Shown here: piece by piece, positions 58,512 through 64,000 of the stretch
How the letters are laid out: the number at the start of each line of letters is the position of its first letter
Numbering within the stretch: the first letter of the stretch is position 1
From: Peptococcaceae bacterium 1109
GTDB lineage: Bacteria > Bacillota > Limnochordia > Darwinibacteriales > Darwinibacteriaceae
Direction of reading: 5' to 3'
NCBI GenBank assembly: GCA_001028815.1
Contig: LDJB01000004.1
Span: 13,733 to 77,732 of the forward strand
DNA: 64,000 bases
Notes under the pieces: model-generated
What the model was told of the DNA's origin: nothing
The model's input: only the letters and a program-made list of their open reading frames with translations
The model's database searches: none
Position numbers and translations under genes: made by a program

Positions 58512-59542
58512 CGGCCAAACCCACCGATCCGAATCCCACTCACGCCGAAAGCGGGGGCTGCACCTCGTGGGCTGGAGGAGTACATGCCGAAATTGAAGCC
58601 TACAATCTCATCTGTGGGCTGTAACCCTGCGACGATCTCCACTTCCATGCCGTCGGTGATTCCTGTGATCACCTCTACGGGCATTCGTTCACCATTCCGG
58701 ACCACCGTCACAAAGGAACGGGCCCCTTGCCGAACCACTGCCTCCACCGGGACTTTGAGGACATTCTCCGCTCGCTCCACCTCGATCACCACTGCTGCGG
58801 AGTAGCCGACACGCAAATCAAGGGCCTCGTCCTCTATCCGAATGGTTACAGGCACTGTGGTAACCCCACCAGAGGATTGCGCGATCATGCCGATCTGGGA
58901 CACCGTGCCCCGCAAGGGCCTTCCCCCTAAGGCATCTACCTTTACAACTGCCCCTTGGCCCAGGCGGATTTGGCTCATGTCCAGTTCATCCACGGAAATC
59001 TGTGCGTAGAACACGCTGTTGTCTAAGAGCGAAATAACAGACGAGTTCGCAGATGCGTGCTCTCCCGCTTCAATGTTGACAGCAGTCACCACCCCAGCAA
59101 AGGGTGCCCGGATGGTAGTGTTCTCCAGATTTGTGCGGGCAACTTGGAGATCAAGCTCCGCCTCCCGCTGCGCATTTACGGTGCCGCTGATGAGGGCCAG
59201 TTCGTACGCATTCTCCGCCCGGAGCAGGGCCAGCTCTTGTTGGGCGCTGTCCATTTCTGCGAGGACTTCCCCTGCTTCCACAAACTGCCCCACTTCCACT
59301 AAGACCTGCTTCACCTTCCCGCTCGCGGCAAAGGCTAGGTCCGCTTGGCGGGCTCCAGTGATGGTACCTGAGGCCTCAATCTGCCGGACGATGTCCCCTC
59401 TAGGCACAGGCATCGCGAGCTGAGCCACAGCCTCCGCAGCCCGCTCTGCAACCTGTGAGCGCGTGCGCCGGCGTGCGTAGTATACTCCCGTTCCCAGGAG
59501 AGCCACTAGTATCCCTGCTGCAATCCATCGTTTGCCCCTCAT
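58508..59542 (-). CDS. Efflux periplasmic adaptor subunit (MacA/HlyD family)
   Basis: N-terminal TM anchor, alpha-hairpin coiled coil, and lipoyl/beta-barrel domains typical of membrane fusion proteins. Confidence 0.85.
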   Translation of the reverse strand: MRGKRWIAAGILVALLGTGVYYARRRTRSQVAERAAEAVAQLAMPVPRGDIVRQIEASGTITGARQADLAFAASGKVKQVLVEVGQFVEAGEVLAEMDSAQQELALLRAENAYELALISGTVNAQREAELDLQVARTNLENTTIRAPFAGVVTAVNIEAGEHASANSSVISLLDNSVFYAQISVDELDMSQIRLGQGAVVKVDALGGRPLRGTVSQIGMIAQSSGGVTTVPVTIRIEDEALDLRVGYSAAVVIEVERAENVLKVPVEAVVRQGARSFVTVVRNGERMPVEVITGITDGMEVEIVAGLQPTDEIVGFNFGMYSSSPRGAAPAFGVSGIRIGGFGR

Positions 59543-60942
59543 CGCCCTTGGCCCCCTATTCCTGTCAAATCTCCTACTAATCCCAAGTTTAGTGCCCGTT
59601 TAGCCCAAGCACAGTTCCACAGGCTTTCGTAATAGTCAAGTTGAGCTTGTTTGAGCCGGAGCTCTGCGCTTTGAAGGGTGGTTGACTCAATCATCCCCGC
59701 TGCGTATTGACGCTGAGCTAACTCCCATTCCAGTTCCGCCTGGCGAAGGGTCAAGAAGGCAATGCGCTCGTCCCTCTCCAGGCTCTTAATCTCCTCCGCC
59801 CCGTCTTTAATCAGGCTTACGACATTCTCCACAGCACTTGCATAGCTGTCTTCCGCTTTCTCCTGACTGTCTGTGAGTGCCTTGATGGTATTCTCCCGCT
59901 GGTTCCGGTCGAGGAGAGGATACCCAATGGTTACCGCGGCTTCAAAGGTTGTGCCCCCCTGGCCTCCTTGCGCTGTCCGTTCCCCTAAGCTCACTCTCAA
60001 GGAAGCTTGAGGTTTGCCCGCGGCGAGGCTCGCTTCCAGCTCCCGCTCTGCCCGATCAAGCTCAACCTCATACTGCAGCACCAACGGGTGCTGGTGGGCC
60101 TGGGAGATGAGTGCATCCACGTCAATTTCGCCCGATGATTCTGGAAGCTCCTCCAGATCGAGGGGGGCCAGCTGGTAATCCCCAGCCAGATCTACCGCCT
60201 TAAGGAGGTTAGCCTTGGCAGCGGCGGCACTTGCTATAAGGGCCTCTAGTTCCCGTTCAGCCCGGAGCACGCTGAGCTCGCCACTGATTAAGTCAGCTTC
60301 CCCCGCTTCCCCCATGGCCTGCTTCTGCTCTAAAACGCTGAGGCTCCTGATGGCTTCGCCAAGGCGCGCTTCCGCTAAGGCAACCCGGGCCTCCGCGAGC
60401 TGCGCGGCCCTGTAAAGCCGTTCAATCTTTAGCTGGGCATTGGCCACAACATAATCCCGCTGCCGATGAAGGACGCCCTGAGTCTGGTAGGCTGCCTGCA
60501 GCGTGAGCTGATCCGACCCTTGCTGGGGCAGTGGCCAGAGGGTCTGGGTGAGCTCCAACGACCAGCTGGTTTGGGCAGACCCTTTGGATAGATCCCAGGT
60601 GGGCGTCAAACGTCCTTGGACAGATGTCCCCCAACGGTTAGTCTTGGAGAGGGACAACCCAGCCCCGGTGGAAAGCCTGGATGACTCTGTGTCGAGGTTA
60701 TACGAATAAGTGAGCAAGTTTCCGCTAAGCTCCAAGGCAAGCCCGTGCTTGTCTAAGAGGCTTTGCAGAGTAGCGGTGGAGCTCTCAAGACTTGACTCCC
60801 AGGCTTTGTAATCGCTGTGGTACTCCACCCGCGCGAGGACGTCTTCTAGGGTGAGAACGCCAGGCACATCCGCGGCACAGGCAACATGAGTAAGCCCAAA
60901 GAGAAGGCACACAGCAGCTGCCAAAAACCCGACTCTTCTCAT
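59539..60942 (-). CDS. TolC-family outer-membrane efflux protein
   Basis: 467 aa with a signal peptide and two repeated coiled-coil/beta-strand halves. Confidence 0.8.
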   Translation of the reverse strand: MRRVGFLAAAVCLLFGLTHVACAADVPGVLTLEDVLARVEYHSDYKAWESSLESSTATLQSLLDKHGLALELSGNLLTYSYNLDTESSRLSTGAGLSLSKTNRWGTSVQGRLTPTWDLSKGSAQTSWSLELTQTLWPLPQQGSDQLTLQAAYQTQGVLHRQRDYVVANAQLKIERLYRAAQLAEARVALAEARLGEAIRSLSVLEQKQAMGEAGEADLISGELSVLRAERELEALIASAAAAKANLLKAVDLAGDYQLAPLDLEELPESSGEIDVDALISQAHQHPLVLQYEVELDRAERELEASLAAGKPQASLRVSLGERTAQGGQGGTTFEAAVTIGYPLLDRNQRENTIKALTDSQEKAEDSYASAVENVVSLIKDGAEEIKSLERDERIAFLTLRQAELEWELAQRQYAAGMIESTTLQSAELRLKQAQLDYYESLWNCAWAKRALNLGLVGDLTGIGGQGR

Positions 60943-61988
60943 TGGATGTTCCCATCCAATCCTAGGGTGTGGTGGAATTGGATGTAGCTCGTGAGGTAAG
61001 CGGTGAGGGCATCGGCAAGGCTCCCCTCGGCATTAAGCAAGGATACCCTATGCTGCCGCAGCTGCATATCTGTGATAAGGCCCATCTCTGCCTGGCGGCG
61101 ATAGATCTCATATGTCTCCTGCGCGATCTCCCAATCCCGCACCGCGCTCTCATACCTGGCCAAGGCTTCACCTAGGGCGTAGTACGCAGAGGTAATGGAT
61201 TCTACGATGCTCTCCTCTTCCCGGGCTAGGTTGAGGCGGGCGATTTGGGCATTGAGTTCAGCGCGCCTTAAATCGATTGGGGGCGTCCCATCGATCCTGG
61301 CTGTCTCCAACTGCCGCTCTTGCAGTTCCAAACTGGACTTCTGATCCCACAGGGTAAAGCTGTTTTCCAGCCCCTTCTCAATACACTCGGCCAGTGTCCA
61401 TGACAGTACGGGCAAAGGAAACTCAGCAGAAAGGTTTAGCGGCGCATCTTCCCCCAAGCCCAGGAGGCGCCGAAGAACCCGTTCCCGTTCAGCTAGGCTC
61501 TGCTTGGCGCTGTTGGCGTTGCGGCGGGCCGCCTCAACCCGGTTCATCTCAGAAAGCTCATCCAACTTGCCCGCATCACCAATGCGGACCTTTTCTTGCA
61601 CCACTGCGAAATTGTGTTCCGCAATCACTAGCTCGAGCTCCCGTACCTCAACTGAGCGCTGCCCTGCCAAGACATCAGTATAGGCTCGGAAAGTCTCCAG
61701 ATAGCTGTTCTGCCTCGCGGTACGGTAGGAGTTCTTCGCCCGCTCCAAACTGTGTTCGGCCTGCATAGCGCTCTGCTGCGAGCCGCTCATCAGGACCGCG
61801 GCCATCGCTTTATCGTAGTCGATTTGGGCGATTTCCAGGTTAAGCTGGGCGATTTGGAGAGCCGCGTTGTTCTCATACATCAGTTCCAGTGCATCAGCGA
61901 AGCACAGCTCGGGGCCAGGTTCAGCACCTGCTAAGGCTGGAACAGCACACAAAGCTACGATAATCCCCAGAATAACTGCGTGTTTCAT
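60939..61988 (-). CDS. Second, shorter TolC-like outer-membrane protein
   Basis: 349 aa with a signal peptide (MKHAVILGIIVALCAVPALAGA) and long coiled coils. It overlaps the downstream TolC gene by 4 bp. Confidence 0.7.
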   Translation of the reverse strand: MKHAVILGIIVALCAVPALAGAEPGPELCFADALELMYENNAALQIAQLNLEIAQIDYDKAMAAVLMSGSQQSAMQAEHSLERAKNSYRTARQNSYLETFRAYTDVLAGQRSVEVRELELVIAEHNFAVVQEKVRIGDAGKLDELSEMNRVEAARRNANSAKQSLAERERVLRRLLGLGEDAPLNLSAEFPLPVLSWTLAECIEKGLENSFTLWDQKSSLELQERQLETARIDGTPPIDLRRAELNAQIARLNLAREEESIVESITSAYYALGEALARYESAVRDWEIAQETYEIYRRQAEMGLITDMQLRQHRVSLLNAEGSLADALTAYLTSYIQFHHTLGLDGNIQ

Positions 61989-62058
61989 CTGTACCTTTCC
62001 TCCTCCACGTTTTGCATATATTTCGGCTCCATACTCTCATAACTTGGGCATGGGGGGA

Positions 62059-62658
62059 TCACATCACCACAAGCGCACTCAGAAGGTTGCTGATCCCGTG
62101 CATCAGCCAGCTGGGGATAATGGAGCCCTGTGCAAGCTCTTCATTCATGTATCCCATCAGCCCTCCTATGGTACCTGTGAGGATTGTGATGGCCATTGCG
62201 GCCAGGACTCCACTCTCGCCCACGAACATTACCCCGTGAAGGAGCCCGAAGAGCAAGGCCTGTAAGAAGTTGCCTGTCCTAAAGCCAAACCGTTCGCCCA
62301 AGCGCTTCCCTAGGAAACCTCGGAAAAAGACCTCTTCCCCTAGGCCTGTCTGCACAAAAGCAAAGAGCAGAGCGGGCACAAGGGCAGAAAAGCCTTTCCC
62401 AGCGAACTGAGCCACAGCGGTGCTTTCCCCGTTCACAAGCAGAGGGACAAGGATAAGGCCAATCCCGCAAAACACCGCGGTTGAACCTACAAAGAAGAGC
62501 CAAAAACGGGCACCATCCGCAACCTGCGGCTTCTTAATACCGATCCACTGGAAAAAAGACGCCTTACTCCTTGCCGTGGCAAGCCACCAGCCAAAGGGAA
62601 TTAGCCCTAAGAGGATGGCCTGAACAACAGCGTTCATTACAGCATTGGCAACACTCAT
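62059..62658 (-). CDS. CPBP-family intramembrane metalloprotease (CAAX protease/Abi)
   Basis: Motif 1 GLGEEVFFRGFL (EExxxR), motif 3 HG, and six TM segments. Confidence 0.75.
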   Translation of the reverse strand: MSVANAVMNAVVQAILLGLIPFGWWLATARSKASFFQWIGIKKPQVADGARFWLFFVGSTAVFCGIGLILVPLLVNGESTAVAQFAGKGFSALVPALLFAFVQTGLGEEVFFRGFLGKRLGERFGFRTGNFLQALLFGLLHGVMFVGESGVLAAMAITILTGTIGGLMGYMNEELAQGSIIPSWLMHGISNLLSALVVM

Positions 62659-62720
62659 ACAACCGCCTCCTCACGATCTACTTCTGGAATAATACTACAC
62701 ACCCAAAAAAGCACCCTGCC

Positions 62721-63368
62721 TTAGGGCAAGGTGCTTGGCATAAGTCGGGCAACAACTCTCACGGGGCAGCCCTCGGAAGCGATTTTCAGAGGGAAGGCCA
62801 TAACCTCGAAGTCACCTTGGCCCTCCAGCGCCGCCAAGTTGGTGAGGTTCTCCAACAGGGGAATCCCAGCCCCAAGCAGACTTTTGTGCACTGTAAAGGG
62901 AGGTTGGTCAGGTGAGGGTAAGTCCATCCCCAGCATCTTAATGCCCTTGGCTATGAGAAACTCCCCCAAGCAGTCGCCCACAACAGGGTGCTCCAGGTAG
63001 TACCCGGCTGTGCCAAACAGCCGGCTGTGATCGGTACGGAGCAGTACGATATCCCCAGGGGAAACCATCTCATCATACTCAGGCTTGTACTCAATCACTT
63101 CCTGGCCCCGGGCATCGATAAGGCAGCCCCGTCCCGCAAACTTTTCCACAGGAAGAGCGCTAACAGGGGCTCCCCCCTGGATAAAGTGAAGCGGGGCATC
63201 GAGATGTGTCCCCACATGCATCCCTGTTTCCATCCGGAAATATGTATAGCCATCATCCTCGATGCTGCGCGTTCTTATCAGCCGAGTAGGATCATCTCCA
63301 GGATAAACAGGCATGCTGTCGGCCAGGGTATGGCTGAGATCAACCAACCCGGGCATTCTTAGTCCCAC
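62721..63368 (-). CDS. Cyclase-family protein (kynurenine formamidase-like)
   Basis: HVGTHLDAPLHF metal-binding motif, 215 aa. Confidence 0.75.
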   Translation of the reverse strand: MGLRMPGLVDLSHTLADSMPVYPGDDPTRLIRTRSIEDDGYTYFRMETGMHVGTHLDAPLHFIQGGAPVSALPVEKFAGRGCLIDARGQEVIEYKPEYDEMVSPGDIVLLRTDHSRLFGTAGYYLEHPVVGDCLGEFLIAKGIKMLGMDLPSPDQPPFTVHKSLLGAGIPLLENLTNLAALEGQGDFEVMAFPLKIASEGCPVRVVARLMPSTLP

Positions 63369-64000
63369 TCAATCCCGCTGAACTTCCGGAAAGCATTCAT
63401 GCTTACTTGGATGGACTCCAGTTCGTCCAGCTGAGAATGATCTTGCTCAAGGAGAATGTACTCTAGATGAGGCGCGCTTTGTGCCTTATCAATGATCTTC
63501 TGGATTGGAAGAGTACCTGTGCCAATCTCTGTGAAGCAGCGGGGGTCCACAGTGGAGCCGAATGCAGCCATATCAATGTCGGCGCCGCGGTCAATGACAC
63601 CGTCAAACACAACCACTGGCTGCGGTGCCTCCGCAGGGAAGTCTTTCTGGTGCAAGAGCACTAGGCGATCCCGATACTGCTCCATCAGGGCGATAGGATC
63701 AATGCCCGCCCGAGTTGCCCAATAGGTATCGATTTCCACAAATACCAGGGATGGATCGGTGTTCTCCATGAGGATTTCATACACGGTCTTGTCACCAAAC
63801 TTCTGGAACTCCTGGTAGTGATTGTGATAGTAGAAACGCATCCCCCGGGCTTTGCACTTTTCCCCGATTTGGTTGAAGAGATCGCACCGGCGCAGGACGA
63901 AATCCACATCGCCGTAGGGGAAGAAGTCAATCGCACAGCCGATCTGGGGATTGCCCAGCACTTGATGGTAATCTAATACCCTGTCGATGACATCTAGCTC
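63359..64000 (-). CDS. Sugar phosphate isomerase/epimerase (xylose-isomerase-like TIM barrel), C-terminal part; the gene continues past the window end
   Basis: ...YYHNHYQEFQKFGDKTVYEILMENTDPSLVFVEIDTYW... is the AP_endonuc_2/TIM-barrel family pattern. The reading frame stays open to position 64000. Confidence 0.65.
   Translation of the reverse strand, partial: ELDVIDRVLDYHQVLGNPQIGCAIDFFPYGDVDFVLRRCDLFNQIGEKCKARGMRFYYHNHYQEFQKFGDKTVYEILMENTDPSLVFVEIDTYWATRAGIDPIALMEQYRDRLVLLHQKDFPAEAPQPVVVFDGVIDRGADIDMAAFGSTVDPRCFTEIGTGTLPIQKIIDKAQSAPHLEYILLEQDHSQLDELESIQVSMNAFRKFSGIEWD

Noticed and set aside
63359-63961. Treating 63961 as the true start of the sugar-phosphate isomerase gene
   Set aside because: The reading frame remains open to the window edge and the family is normally ~280 aa. 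The gene almost certainly continues past 64000, so the feature is reported as partial.
1-64000. CRISPR arrays, rRNA/tRNA genes, integron attC sites
   Set aside because: None recognised by eye. There is no short direct-repeat/spacer periodicity, no tRNA-like cloverleaf candidates in intergenic regions, and no rRNA-like conserved stretches. A lookup-free scan cannot fully exclude small ncRNAs.

Overview
This is a 64 kb chromosomal window of moderate-to-high GC content that is almost entirely coding, with most genes on the minus strand. The gene content suggests a diderm member of the Bacillota. Outer-membrane machinery is present: a POTRA plus Omp85-type beta-barrel protein ending in Phe, two tandem TolC-like genes, and a MacAB-type efflux module. 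Alongside these are Firmicutes-flavoured genes: a Rae1/YacP NYN domain, a FlaG-like protein, a LiaRS/DesK-like two-component system with an ABC-2 exporter, a SpoIIM/DUF95-like membrane protein and a PadR regulator. Ordinary content includes an S8 peptidase fragment, a nucleoside hydrolase, a carbohydrate ABC uptake operon with an MBL hydrolase, an alpha/beta hydrolase, an ankyrin-repeat protein, an AraC regulator, two methyl-accepting chemotaxis proteins (one interrupted by an in-frame TAG), a hemerythrin, a large STAND/LuxR regulator, a CPBP protease and a cyclase. A complete IS66-family element (tnpA-tnpB-tnpC) with imperfect GTAAGCG-type terminal inverted repeats lies between the AraC regulator and a chemotaxis receptor gene. 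The candidates for new biology are listed in order. (1) An 885-aa EF-G/TetM-like translational GTPase fused C-terminally to a Rae1/YacP-type NYN ribonuclease domain. Next to it sit a secreted VanX-like dipeptidase fused to a CDA-fold deaminase, a DPPY-type methyltransferase, a VOC protein and a PadR module. (2) A translationally coupled pair in which a single-HKD PLD nuclease, SF2 DExH helicase and DUF3427 fusion protein precedes a HisE/MazG-like NTP pyrophosphohydrolase, followed immediately by a GT4-GT2 bifunctional glycosyltransferase. This looks like a defence or DNA-modification module. (3) A C45-family Ntn-hydrolase fused to TPR repeats, a POTRA domain and an Omp85 barrel, resembling a type Vd-like secreted enzyme. 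(4) An opine-dehydrogenase-family gene paired with a 632-aa protein carrying an N-terminal B12-binding-like (DxHxxG) domain. (5) A secreted FMN-binding protein containing a ~645-bp tandem duplication at about 90% identity. No CRISPR array or rRNA/tRNA gene was recognised.
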